A DNA stretch of 64,000 bases from Eledone cirrhosa (GCA_964016885.1 OZ024750.1:8370001-8434000); one strand, 5' to 3'. Shown: positions 26,043 through 39,229, counted from the stretch's first letter. Notes: a model not told the origin generated them from the letters alone. Program-made: numbers and translations.

Positions 26043-26212
26043 ATAATTGTTTCTACTTTTGGCACAAGGCCAGCAATTATCCCAGTGTATTACTGGTACT
26101 TTATTTTATCGACCCCCGTAAGGATGAAAGGCAAAGTTAACCTCGGCGGGATTTGAACTCAGAATGGCAAGGGATGTAACTCTCTGCGTCAAAGCATGGC
26201 ATCCGACCCTCT
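26043..26212 (-). mobile_element. tRNA SINE copy
   Basis: Same consensus. Confidence 0.88.
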
Positions 26213-27264
26213 GTGCTGTGTCTGGACAAGAAATGAGACATACACAGTTGGGATTTCTTTGATCATAGTTCTACTCAGCCAGGGCTAACCATGGGCTAAA
26301 CAATAAAAACAACAACAAAACTCTTCTTGCAATGAAATTGAACACAGGGTTTATCTCTCTCTCTCTACATATATATATCATCATCACCACCATTTAACAT
26401 CTCTCTCTTTCTTTCTATATCTCTATCTATCTATTTATCTATTTATCTCTCAGTCAAGTTTGCACCACTTGGAGAAGGATAGGTTCCATGAAACTGATTT
26501 TCCTCTTACTGCTCTTCACAGAGAGTAACCCTATCAATAAATATGTAACAGCACTCATAGTCACCTGTTATATCTTCACTTATTCAGATATTACAGTATC
26601 TTTAATGAGACCATCATTAAAATCAAGGTGAAGTAGTTGATACAGAAAAACAAAATCTTGTTAAGTAGATATTGATTTTAAGCCCCTTGACACTCCTTGC
26701 AAAAGACTTGTGAGTAAATTGAAATCAAAATCACTTATCTAAAATTTCATTCAACTAAACCTTTTCTCCTATCCTCCTAATCTTAAAAGGAAAAAAAAAT
26801 TATTTAGTTTTTACATTGAAGAGAAAGAATAGATAGATGAAGAAATTTTGTAATATTGTAATTTCAAAAAAGATATTCTTTAAAATACATGCTTGCAGTT
26901 TTTAATATGGAAGTGAGTGTCAAGAATCATTAAAATCAATAACTATTTCACACCCATCAAAAAAAAATATGATGCACCTAGCATAGAACTTGCTCTAGTA
27001 TGAAAAGTTTTAATTATGAGTCATTCTGCTGAATAAATTAGTCTGATTTATGAGATAGGGACCACATCTTATAAGATCCACCAAATCTTAAAATTGAATG
27101 CCTTCCAATAATATTGGAATGATAACGGTATGAAACAGTGGTATAACGAGAGTTCTTAGTAAGCCAGATTGACAATGAAGGTGTTTAAACACTTTGGTTT
27201 TCATTTCAATTTATCACAAATTTCCAGTTGGTTTGTTTAATAACCAGATGGTTGTTTATTTATT

Positions 27265-27307
27265 GTCAAAACTCTTCCATCACACATTCTGTGACTTCTT
27301 CAGTGAC
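27265..27307 (-). ncRNA. Decayed copy of the 4171-4213 hammerhead family
   Basis: GTCA-CTGAAGA-aGTCACA..TGTGAT-GGAA..TGAC; flanking ~80 bp also resembles 4070-4175. Confidence 0.45.
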
Positions 27308-27436
27308 TAATTCGTTATTTTATCTCTCCTTTGTATATACTTTACTTCGTGTCTTTCCTTTGTATATATTTTATTTTGTATTTTACTTAATTCTATTCCA
27401 TTAATTTCTTCTTTTTTTTCTCATTTTTCTTTTAAG

Positions 27437-27586
27437 AAAAAAATGGATTCCACTGATGATGACTCAGCAGTTTGGGATTCAGAAGAGAATATGTTTTTAG
27501 TATGTGTATATAATGTGTCACCAGATCAGCCCTATACAGTATTTAAAGCACCAGTATCCAGCACGGCTCAAGATATCATCACTCAG
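27437..27586 (+). CDS. PLCE1: PLC-epsilon exon, RA2 N-half (FLVCVYNVSPDQPYTVFKAPVSSTAQDIITQ)
   Basis: tttaag / gttaga; matches the PLC-epsilon RA pattern V..VSP.QP.TV.KAP..STAQD.I. Confidence 0.94.
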
Positions 27587-27876
27587 GTTAGATTATCACA
27601 CACAATTATATATTTTTATCATGCTATTCTTCATTTATTTTTTGCCAAACAAAGAACTGAGAGAACCCTTCAGTTGTGTCAAGGACATGACAACCTCTCT
27701 AGTGTTTAGTCATCTACACAATAAACACACCCAGTACATGCTGTAAAGTGGTTGGTGATAGGAAGGGCATCCAAACATAAAATTCTTGCCAAACAAAGTG
27801 TTGAGAGGACCCCTCAGTTGTGTCAAAAACATAACATATTTATTTATCTATTTATTTATTTATTTATTTATTTTAG

Positions 27877-28122
27877 GCCATGATGAAATCTCGGCGCATC
27901 AATATGTGTGATCCAAGGGATTTTGTTCTTGTACAAGAGCTGGAAGTATTGTTCACATCAGACACAGCTAGCAGTCAGAGAAACAGTAGGACAGTACAGA
28001 AGTGTGAAAGGCATATATTAAATAATGAAGACAATGTATATCAAACACAAAATGAATGGAAAACATTTGGCAAATTCATTCTTCTACACAGAAATAAAGT
28101 AGATGATGAGTTTGAGTTATGT
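27877..28122 (+). CDS. PLCE1: PLC-epsilon exon, RA2 C-half (AMMKSRR...DFVLVQEL...WKTFGKFIL)
   Basis: ttttag / gtaagt; phase 0-0. Confidence 0.93.
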
Positions 28123-28476
28123 GTAAGTATTTCAGCTGAAAAAAATATTGAATTTATTGCTGCCAAAATGAATCAGCTAAGATATTTTTATTATCTAAGA
28201 TTTTTATCTTTGAAAAAAAACATGTTTTTTTCTCTCTGTTTACCTAGTTACAATCTCCAGCAGAGATTAAGGATTCAACATATTGGTGAACACATTTCTA
28301 ATGGAATATACAGCATATGTTTTAATCAACTTAGAAAATAATCAAGTATTCACAAAGATTTAGTAAAATAAGCAACATTGACACTTCTAACCTTATGCCA
28401 TCATATTCTTTATGAAGTACACTATTTTTATTAATTAACAATATAATTCAGAAGGATTTACTAAAATTATCAATTA

Positions 28477-28644
28477 CCGTATTTCCCAGCACCGAAGATG
28501 CTTTGTCTTTGAGGACGCACCCTAATTTTGACAACCAAAAATTTGAAAAAAAATAATAAACAACCGTTGGCCTCCAGGAAGCATGGTAGATTTTTTAGAC
28601 TTATTTTAGGAAAAAAGTAGTGTCTTCGACATCAGGAAATACGG
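28477..28644. mobile_element. Tc2/pogo-like MITE nested in a TTAA-family MITE
   Basis: TA/CCGTATTTCC ... GGAAATACGG/TA. Confidence 0.8.
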
Positions 28645-31600
28645 TACTTTATTATTAAGATCGCATTTGTATAATAACTTAAGAAAAGGTTCTTATATAA
28701 AATTATACTGGAAGATTTTTATCTAAATAAAAAAAAATTATTGGATAGCTTTGGTTCATAGTCGGGGTAGTTAAGGGCAGGTTGGTATCAAAAGGGTTAA
28801 GCTAGGTTTCAGAAGATATCAGCAAAAGTTTCTTACATAAAAGCTTTGAATTTAAGCATGAACACTTTAAAATTAGAGATTTCATGTTACAAAATCAAAT
28901 CTAGTTTCAGGCAGATTGATGTCAATCAATGGTGTAGTTCCTTATTTTCTTTGAGGAGTCCAGTAAATTTTCATTCTTTTGGTAAATTATTGTCCATGGT
29001 AGGAAATTTGCTGCTCTGTGTGGTCCTTGAATGTCCCTCTACATACACACAGATGTAAAACAATGTATTAGACCACAAGTGATACCCACCACCCCAAAAT
29101 CTTCTAGGATAAATCACCCCTCACATTTCTAAAACTATGCTACTGATTATAGTGTATTCTCTTATAATTTGATTTTAAGAGATAATGGAAGGAATCACTT
29201 CTGCTAATTAAATAGGATTTAAGACTCATTGGATAATGTCAATGTCTTCACTGAGGTGCCAGTCCGAAACAACTAATCCTAAGAAACTGCTGATCAAGGA
29301 TAACATTCTGAAATAATGCATGACGGATTGTATTCCTAATTAAAGTGGGAATGAAATCCTCCAATCTAAGATCATAAAGAAATATCTTAAGGTTGTTTAA
29401 CTGTTAATATTAGATATACAGTGATATGTTTACTCCAAAATCTACTTTAGAATTATTGTCAATTAGAGTGCCTAGCCTCTGAGTACTAAAGCTTAGAGAT
29501 TTACCTGTATACATCTTTACCTAGGCATGTTATATTTACTGGTTTCTCTTCCTCGTGTTGATTACCATAAATTAGGCAGCTCATTGGTAGAGTCGGATGA
29601 GATGTCTTGATATTTATTCCAGCGTTCTGAGTTCAAATTCTGCCATGGTCAACTTTTGAATTAACTTATCAAAGTTAATAAATAAAGAACCAGTCCTCTG
29701 TTGATGGATTTGTGGAATTGTTAGTCAGACAGAATGCTTTAGGGTATCTGATTGGCTCTATCGAGAATGGGGGGTAAAATTCCCGAGATCCATGGACGAG
29801 TTCTCTTCAACAGTCTCTGGCCCTCATCATCGCTGCTATGATTGGCTCTGTATGCTTTAATTTCAAATCCTACCTATTTCTACAAGGAGTTGTGACTGAT
29901 AAACGGTATCAGCAATAGAAGTCTAATAGAAACATAGTTTCTTTGGTCTGATCTAAAGACTGGCTCCTTTCCTTTCCATTTTTGAATACATCAAAATAGT
30001 TATGTCAGCAAATTCTGTATGTTCATGTTACCACCTTTATATACCTCATATGATGTGTCTACACTTCAGCAATGCGTGTCGTCTTAGTCTTAGATCCTCC
30101 TATCAATATACACACTAGTGCTGCCCAACCAATTCATCTATTTAGGCAGCACCAATGTGTGTATTGATCATTAAATATCTTCCCTTCCAATCTGTCTGTT
30201 TGTTTTTTTCCTCTCCTAAATTCTAAACTTCAAAAGTCTACCAAACATCTAAGCTGTGTGATACAAGAACATTCCATTCAACAACATCAATACTCTCCTA
30301 ACCCATATTAATTTTGTATCTGTTTATCTTTTTTATTTTTCTCTTATCTAATGTTTTATCATTTATATAACGGTGCTTTTTTTTCCAAAAATGATATGAA
30401 TTGCTGGTTTAATGTTAACTGGATAAAAATAATTATCTGCTTTAATCTTATCTTATTCCTCATAGTTCCCTTAAATCAATTTCAGATCTTATGCACTATA
30501 TTCAAACCTAGGAAAATTTTTCTTTTTCTAATTCTTTTTAGAAAAGCATAATACAAGTTATTTTCATTTCTTTGTATAGTTAACTAGTATGTTTTTTTTT
30601 TTCTTTTATATTTCATTTTTTTAATGATAGAATCGAGAAAATAATTCAGATTGAAAAATTGTGCAATGAAACTTCAGAAATTTTTTTTTTTTAATTGAAA
30701 TGAAATTTGTATATATATATATATATTTTCTTTAGATAAATAAAATTTAACATTTTAGATTTTAGTCAATTTACAAAGTTTTAGTTTTTATCAATTTTTT
30801 TTTTTTTTTTATAGAATCAAATTTTTAAATTTTGAATTTTTTTTATATTGAATTCTGATTTAAGTTTGAATAGAAATTTCAATTCAAAAATATTTCCTAT
30901 ATGATATAGTTATAACAGGTATGGGATGAAGTGAGTGCTATGTATAATTGAATGTATGAAAGATTCAATACATTGCTGTGAGGACTTGGTTAGTGTTTAG
31001 TTGAATTGTAGTTTAACCAAATTGAGTTATTCCCAAGAGTAATATAACAGCATGCTATTACTCTATTACTGTTTTGATAAAACGTTGACAAGAATGAACA
31101 GAGAAAAAGAATGTATTTGTTGGTCTAAAATAGAATTATCTATTTAATCAAATATTGGTTTTGAAACTACGGTTGTATCTTCAGATAATTCAAAGGAATC
31201 GCAAAGTCACAACATGATAAGTTGATGAAGCAAAATTGTGAATTACAAGAATGTCTTTGTAAAGATGTTTTGTATGAAAGATCGAACAGATAATTTGTGT
31301 GATTTGTGATGATATGTATTGGAAGACATGTAAACACGAAAGGGAGAAAGAGAGAAATAGGCTAAAGATGTGAGTGAAGAATTTAGAAACATTAAGAGAT
31401 AGACATGGCAGGCTATCATGGTCAACTGACCGACCTGCCAGTCCTCAGCAAAATTTCATTTTATACCTGTTATGTTTTGGTGAAAATACTGACAAAGTGA
31501 ACAGAGAAAAAGACTGCAATATTTAGTCAAATATGGGATTGACCTATGGCCAGCAGTGGCTGCTTTGGCCAGTACCATTTCAACTATCATTGGAAGTCAA

Positions 31601-32349
31601 CTACTTAGAGAGTGTTGACTGGTGGTACCATCTTTTATAAAAGAAAACGACTTCCCACTGTGCCTGGCCATTTAGTAGGATTTGTGCCAATATGTTAAAT
31701 AGTAATATGCCAATGAAAAAGAACCAACAACAAAATAGCCATTGTCTCAGAAATAATAACAGGAGATGGAAAATAATGATTTCTTCTAACAGAAATAACA
31801 AATTGAAATTTAAAATTAAAACACATTAGAATAACAATTATAAAAATTTGAATCATTTTTTTTTTATTATTAAAGTGTTTTACACTTTCTCTAAATTTGT
31901 TCATGAGATCAAATTTGATAATGATTCTATTTTATGATTCAGTGATTATATATTAGGTAGGACTTTATGATAATTCAGGTTAATTGTTCAGTTAATAAGT
32001 TTAAGCAATTTGCATGACATGCTTAAAAAGTAAACATTAAAACATACAAAATAAAAAAACAACAACAAAGAATAACTTTAGCTGAGTCATCATAGCTAAG
32101 GTCACAACCTTCTTTCTGTTCCATATTGTAAATATTTCACTTCACATACAAGGTTTCACCACTGGTAGCTAATCATCGAGTTTTATTGAATGATTAATCA
32201 GTTGTAGTGAAATTCGAGTACTAATCAACAGTCAGCCTGATATATATATATATCAGGCTGACATACATCGTCTAACGGCTAACCCATGCTAGCATGGAAA
32301 ATGGACATTAAACAATGATGATGATATATATATTTTATTGCTGTTTCAG

Positions 32350-32485
32350 GATAAGAAGAAGAAGGGTTCCAACTACATGGGATCACTTTCTAGAGGAACA
32401 GCTAACATAGCGAAGAAAATTGGTTCTAAACGATCAGGTCGTGCAGCATCCTCATTTGATCATTCTTCCTTAAACAGCTCTGATG
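32350..32485 (+). CDS. PLCE1: PLC-epsilon C-terminal tail exon (DKKKKGSNYMGSLSRG...)
   Basis: tttcag / gtaagt; open frame, phase 0 to 1. Confidence 0.8.
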
Positions 32486-33129
32486 GTAAGTATATTTCAT
32501 TACAAATAATACACAAGATCACATTTAAAAAGTGGAAAGACTTGACCTACACATAAAATAATAAACAGGAATCAAACCAGTGAGAAATATCTCATCAGGA
32601 GCAATGAAAATAATCATTAAATTATTCCATTATTTGTCATGAGAACAAAAAAGACAGAAACATAAAGATGTAGACATCATGTACGTATGTAGAGACAGAG
32701 AGGGTGAGAGAGAGAGAAAGAATCTTTAATAGACGTTACTTTTGTTCTTCTGTTTAAACTTTTTTTTTTTAAGAATCATAACAAAAGTATATTATTCATA
32801 AAAGATTTTACCAAATTAATCTGACTTCTGTGGGTATTTCTTGCAACTGATTCCTTAAAAGAAATTTTAATACTTTATGTTTGTTGTATGTAATTTTTAA
32901 TGTCATTCTCAAAGAAACATGTTTTAAAGAAAATTAATACAATATAAAGAAATGATGTTACAAATGAAGGTAGACCTTAATATTTTGACATCAAATGGAA
33001 ACAAGTACAATGAGATAAGGATTCATTCAAAAAATTGAAAAATAAGAGGCTTTCTGTCTTTATTTTATTGTCAAGTGCTGTAGTGTTTCACTGATGTTAA
33101 ATGAAAATGATATTCAGAATATAGCCTTA

Positions 33130-33395
33130 AACAGTCTCTCTAACCCTCCCCATTTCTCTGTATGGTGAGCAAATGGGGTCCCATGTGCTGACCTCTCCAC
33201 AGCCCCAGCAGACAGAATGGAAAAGGCGTTTCCACGAAGGAGGGTAAGGGAAGAGCCATTCCATCTCGCGAGGCTCACACCTGTGGCTGGCCAGCTCAGT
33301 GCCTATGGTGGTGTGTAGGGAGGTAGCCCTAGGGCCAAGGACACCAGAAGTCTCCACTGCAAAAGGCACAACCGCAAACCTGTCGGAGAGTGACT
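33130..33395 (-). mobile_element. Fragment of an RLE-endonuclease non-LTR element (CRE-like)
   Basis: PFAVETSGVLGP...EPRE..WLF, then LLRGNAFSIL after a frameshift. Confidence 0.7.
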
Positions 33396-33860
33396 ATGTT
33401 TTACTTAAAAATCTACAATTCCTTTTCCATTCCTTTTTTTTCTCTCCTTCTTTTTATTAGTAAGTTAACATAGTAAGAAGAGACCAAGACAGTGAGTAGA
33501 GGTGACCCTTTGACCTTGTCAAAGACTGGGCACCATCGATACTGTTGGTGCCACAATGTAAGGCACTTAGTACACTCTGCAAAGTGGCTGGCAACTGAAC
33601 AGAGACAATATAGAATAAAGAGAACTCTTCAGTCGTGCTAAGTACTCGACATCTTCACTCGTGTGGGTGTTATGATAAAATGTACTCAGAACACTCTGTA
33701 AAGTAGCAGTGCTCATGCCATCATAAATTCACGCTGAAGAGTGGTGGGCATTAGGAAGGACAACTACTTGTAGAACTCTTGTAGAGTGTATGAGCAAGAT
33801 ATGGTTCTCGAACCCATCTAGTCTCATCCAATCCATGCCAACATAGAAATTGGGTATAAA

Positions 33861-34140
33861 ATGATGGTGATGATGATGATGGTGAGGGTGATGATGATGA
33901 GGATGGTGAGGGTGAGGGTGGTGATGAGGATGGTGAGGGTGATGATGATGATGATGATGATGGTGAGGGTGATGATGATGATGATGATGGTGATGGTGAG
34001 GGTGAAGGTGATGAGGATGATGTTGGCAATGAGGGTGAGGGTGATGGTGACGATGGCGATGATGGTGAGGTTGATGGTGGTGGTGATGATGATCAGGAGG
34101 ATGATGGCAGTGGTGAGGTTTATGGTGATGGTGATGATGT
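33861..34140. repeat. (GAT/GGT/GAG)n trinucleotide repeat
   Basis: Direct reading. Confidence 0.95.
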
Positions 34141-35682
34141 TGAATATGGTAAAACAAACAACTTTGTATTGTTAGAAACAGAGACATTTTCATACAGTTT
34201 GGTCAGAAAAGGGGGTTAAAGGTACCCTAGGGACCAAGATTACTGAGGAAAACATCCCTTAATTATTTGGAAGTATACTTAGTGTTCTTTGTACTCAGTT
34301 AAGTTTAATGTCAAAAACTTAAGGTTTACTTATATTTAAAATTCTACTTGAAAAAATAAGAGAGTCATATTTAGGAATAAAATAATTGTTTCTACTTTTA
34401 ACACAAGGCCAGCAATTAACCCAGTGTATTACTGGTACTTTATTTTATCAACCCCATATATAATAATATTTTTTTTTTTTTTACCTCTAAACCATGTTTC
34501 ATAATACAAATTGGAATATATCTTTTTCATTTGAATTCCCCAGCGACCGTTTGTGTAACTAAGAATTGAAAAAAATTAGAGTAGTTAATATGATGTGAAG
34601 TAAATGAAAAAAAATTAAAGGGATCATTCCTCTTTATTGTAAGGTAAATTGCATTAATTCTTTAATTTCTGCATTGTTCCAATTTCTTGCATAATTTTTT
34701 TTGAACTTTTATCAGATTTTTTTTTTTTTGGTAATTATTTCTATTTATTTTCTATTTTGCAGAATGTCATTTTTTCTCTCTCTTTAAATTCTCTCTCTTT
34801 AAATTCTCTCTATTTATTCACACATTTACTTATTACTTATTGGAAAAATATATATATATATATATATATGTGTGTGTATGTATATTTATATGTATATATA
34901 TGTATATATCCCACTCTCAAGAGCGTGAAACTAATAAACCTTTGTTCGTACTGCCTCTCTGTTTTGTTCCCGTTCAATTTTTTACCATATATATATATAT
35001 ATATATATATATAGATATGTGTGTGTGTGTATATAGATATGTGTGTATATATATGTGTTTGTATGTATATATATTTGTGTGTGTATGTATATATATGTGT
35101 GTGTATGTATATATATGTGTGTGTATGTATATATATCTGTGTGTATGTATATATATCTGTGTGTGTGTATATATATGTGTGTGTGTATATATGTGTATAT
35201 ATATATATGTGTGTATATATGTGTGTATATATATATTATATATATAACAATACCTCATGAATTACAGTTGTTTGAAGAGTGGTATGCTCTGAGGTGATAT
35301 GTTAGGACTAAAGCAATTACATCTTTGACAAGTCACTGTAACAATTAAATACACTGCAAAAAGACTTTTAACATCTAATTTCTAACATCAGCAGGAAGTC
35401 AGAAACTGTCAGAGAGGAAGGAAGGAATATAAGTATTTATATCAACCCCAGTATTTGTCTGACATATCTTTAATCAACACCAGAAGGACATGACTAAATA
35501 CCATTTGTCACATTCCACATTGCTCTACTGATTCTGCTATCTGTCACATTCTCACCTATATGTATTATTATTACAAAATAATATATATGCAGTGCCACAG
35601 AATGGCCTCAGCCGGATGGCTGGTATAAGTAAAAGAGTTAAAGATATATGTATATAGGTACTCAATACATAGCAGAGTATAA

Positions 35683-35807
35683 AAGTTTTAATGTAGATGA
35701 GATTCTACAGGACTAGAACTGTTTCATTCTTTAGAAATCATCAGATTCCTGATGATTTCTAAAGAATTAAACAGTTCTAGTCCTGTAGAATCTCATCTAT
35801 ATTAAAA

Positions 35808-35810
<3 letters not shown>
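35683..35810. repeat. 62-bp inverted repeat with 4-nt loop and CTGATGA at the apex
   Basis: Arms 35683-35744 / 35749-35810, two differences. Confidence 0.93.
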
Positions 35811-35844
<34 letters not shown>

Positions 35845-35968
35845 AAAATTAAGATAAATCAAAGTGAATTTAATCTAAATCAAAATTATGGGTGCCATGC
35901 CAGAAAGACATGCGCCATATCACCCGTAAAATAAGCTCCAAGATTCTAATGAATAGGTCCGAGCATTT

Positions 35969-36067
35969 TATAACAACTAGGAATTGATTAACATATAAAT
36001 AAACATATGAAACAATCACAGGGGATAATTATCCCCTGTGATTGTTAATCAATTTCTAGTTGTTATA
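35969..36067. repeat. Nested fold-back: perfect 36-bp palindrome (36011-36046) with outer inverted arms
   Basis: AACAATCACAGGGGATAATTATCCCCTGTGATTGTT. Confidence 0.9.
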
Positions 36068-36111
36068 TATATATATATATATATATATATGATTATTATA
36101 ATAACAAGGGT

Positions 36112-36552
36112 GGTGGATTGGCAGTAACTGGTAGAGCTTTGGACATGCTTTGTGGTATATAGTTACACCCCTTAATGTTCTGAGTTCAAGTCCCGGTGAG
36201 GTTAGCTTTGCCCTTCATCCTTACAGGGTTACAATAAAAACAATAATAATCATAATAATAATGGTTTCTGATTTAGGCACAAGGCCAGCAATTTTGGTGT
36301 TGGGGAAAGTTGATTAAATTGACTCCGGTTCCAATGCATTACTGGTACTTTATTTTATCGCCCCTGTAAGGATGAAAGGCAAAGCTAAGCTCATCGGGAT
36401 AACAATAATAATTGTTTCTACTTTTGGCACAAGGCCAGCAGTTATCCCAGTGCATTACTGGTACTTTATTTTATCGACCCCCGTAAGGATGAAAGGCAAA
36501 GTTAACCTCGGCGGGATTTGAACTCAGAACGTAAAGGGCCGTAACTCTATAA
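36112..36552. mobile_element. SINE cluster: one plus copy (36112-36232) facing two minus copies
   Basis: GGTGGATTGGCAG...GAGTTCAAGTCC on plus; reverse-complement bodies at ~36260-36400 and ~36408-36552. Confidence 0.85.
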
Positions 36553-36951
36553 CGGGATAATAATAATAATAATAATAATATAAATATGTAGTGTGTGTGT
36601 TGTTTAATAGTTACAATGACTCAACCATGATGCAACTGTAAAACATCATTCTTCATAAGCTTTTTTTCTACATTGTTGAATTCATGAATTATTTATTGAA
36701 TATTAATTATTAACACAATAAAATATTTTAAAAATGCCTTTAGCAATCTCCATTGATTTTATTCCTTATATCTTGCTAATAGAAATGTTACTATTGTTAT
36801 GAAATATCTTAATGAGTCTCTTAGATTTTTAACAAAGAATTTGGCAACAAATTTGAGAGCTTGTTTGACTATAGATAATATATAGGCCTGTGTTTATACA
36901 TACGCACACACAACCACATAGATACATATATATAAATACACATGGTACATG

Positions 36952-36989
<38 letters not shown>

Positions 36990-37016
<27 letters not shown>

Positions 37017-37301
37017 CCAAAAGTTAAACAAGGTTCATTGATTAATCAATGAATATAGTTTTACAATAGATTAGAAGCACTCAACAATAAAGTTTTCAGG
37101 AGTTATTAATATTAATTCAAAATATTAATAAATATAGACATTCATGTAATCAAATATATTTTATTATATATATTTCGGAGGTACTGTGCTGTTTCCTCAG
37201 TACGTCCTCATCAGATAAAATATATAAATTGATGTATGACATACCTCAACTGTGCTGATGATTCAATTCCAGTCTTGGAATATTAATTATTAATATTTTG
37301 A

Positions 37302-37305
<4 letters not shown>
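36990..37305 (-). mobile_element. Short Penelope-like terminal fragment carrying a hammerhead motif, between two (TA)n tracts
   Basis: Hammerhead motif; shares AAGCACTC and TGACATAC flanks with 38876-39272. Confidence 0.55.
37154..37225 (-). ncRNA. Minimal type-I hammerhead ribozyme motif (Penelope-type)
   Basis: Minus strand: ATATATTTTAT-CTGATGA-GGAcGTACTG[loop]CAGTACcTCC-GAAA-TATATA-TA/ATAAAATATAT. Perfect 11-bp stem I, G-C closed stem II, palindromic stem III. Confidence 0.8.
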
Positions 37306-37351
<46 letters not shown>

Positions 37352-37765
37352 ACACATACATAAATACGTACATACATATATACAAATATGCATACACTCA
37401 TACACAGATAGATAGATAGATAGATACACACATACATATATACACACATACACGCAAGAACAAATACATAGTTTCATAAATACATAGACACATACAAACG
37501 TGCATACAAACATAGATACATACGTACGTACATGCATGCATACACACACAGACACACACACACACACGCACACACACATATTGACATGCACATGCATATA
37601 TATATTATTCTTGTTTGCATATAGATTTCAATATTAGCATGCTTTAGCAGGCTAGATAGATCAGACATGCACATGCAAAGGCACATACAAAGATCCATAA
37701 ATACACACATACAAATACATAAACAGATACACACATACACATATACATACAGTAAAACACATTAA

Positions 37766-38179
37766 CCCTTTAGCATTCAAACCGGCCATATCCGGCCAGA
37801 ACTCTCTCACTTCTTTCTGTTCAAACTGGCTGTAACTGGTTACTCATACCTACATTAAGGTATTGTTCTCAAAATAAATAACATCAAAATCTCGTAGATT
37901 CGATTTTATGTGAGATAGTTATGTGAGGTAAAGCCTTTACTGTGAAAATACAATAGTAAATATAAAATAATTGTTTCTACTTTTGGCCAAAGGCCAGCAT
38001 TTACCCAGTGCATTACTGGTACTTTATTTTATTGACCCGTAAGGATGAAAGGCAAAGTTAACCTCGACGGGATTTGAACTCGGACCGTAAAGGGACATAA
38101 CTATGGTAGAAAGCATGGCGTCCAACCCTCTACCGATATTGCCAATTCACCAATATAAAATAATGTAAATGCTAAAGGG
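37766..38179. mobile_element. piggyBac-like MITE interrupted by a SINE (37972-38151)
   Basis: TTAA/CCCTTTAGCATT...AATGCTAAAGGG/TTAA; SINE flanked by 13-bp TSD AATATAAAATAAT. Confidence 0.88.
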
Positions 38180-38842
38180 TTAAAGTGTACACATGCACAC
38201 TCATGCACACATAGATAGCAACATCACATGAACAAAGTAATATTTGCTTATGCTTTGTTTTCTCTTTACTAAGGCAGTCTTTGATATCCAGACATTTGTC
38301 TCCTTTCAAAGAAATTTTATTGACAATCTTTCTATTAAGCACACAGTTATGATGTCTGTTTTTACTTGTTGTCATACAGACAGACTGAGGACAGCAGAGT
38401 TATCTACCTTGTCATTGAGCTTTTTTTTTTTTTATTATTAACTTCTTTTCTTTAAAACCACTTTCACATTTCATTTGTGTTTTGCATGATTAAATGGACT
38501 GAATGTTGCAATATATGCAGTCGCTTTTTCAGGCTTTTTCTGTGTACGGTGTATACATATGGAACATGCCCTCTAGATAGCCAAGGTAGGCAATGCCAGC
38601 CAAAAATAAAACTATAAATATTAATTATTAAATATAAAAAGCAAATGATATTTAACTCATTACAAAAATGCTAATTCCTTGTTAGAAAATCAATGTATAA
38701 TTCAGTAAATAGTTAATAGTATCATGTTAGAAAGACACAATGTCTCAGTGTAATGTTACTTCAATATACATATATATATATGTGTGTAATATAGCTTCTA
38801 TATATATACGAGTATAACTTCTATATATATAGAATGTAACTT

Positions 38843-38876
<34 letters not shown>

Positions 38877-39003
38877 AAAGTTATATTTAAATTGTTGGGT
38901 TACAACTAGTAAATATTTATAACTGATATAAAAGCACTCGACAAGTATTTGGAGTATATTTACGATATTAAATAAATGGAAACTATATTTATAAAACCAT
39001 ATT

Positions 39004-39069
39004 TATTTCATTATATATATTTCAGGGATATCATATTAACAATATGCTATGCCTTCCTCAGACAAAATA
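39004..39069 (-). ncRNA. Mirror copy of the same hammerhead motif
   Basis: Exact reverse complement of 39164-39229 within a 148-bp inverted repeat. Confidence 0.75.
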
Positions 39070-39163
39070 CAATATAAACAGTTTTATAGATAAATAGATT
39101 TGACATACCGTACAACATCGACTTGTATGTCAAATCTATTTATCTATAAAACTGTTTATATTG

Positions 39164-39229
39164 TATTTTGTCTGAGGAAGGCATAGCATATTGTTAATAT
39201 GATATCCCTGAAATATATATAATGAAATA
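39164..39229 (+). ncRNA. Minimal type-I hammerhead ribozyme motif, sense to the PLCE1 pre-mRNA
   Basis: TATTTTGT-CTGAGGA-AGGcATAgCATATT[gtt]AATATGaTATcCCT-GAAA-TATATA-TA/ATGAAATA; stem I has two G-U pairs. Confidence 0.75.

Noticed and set aside
33729-34193. His/Pro-rich 154-aa ORF
   Set aside because: Trinucleotide repeat in an intron; no splice or homology support.
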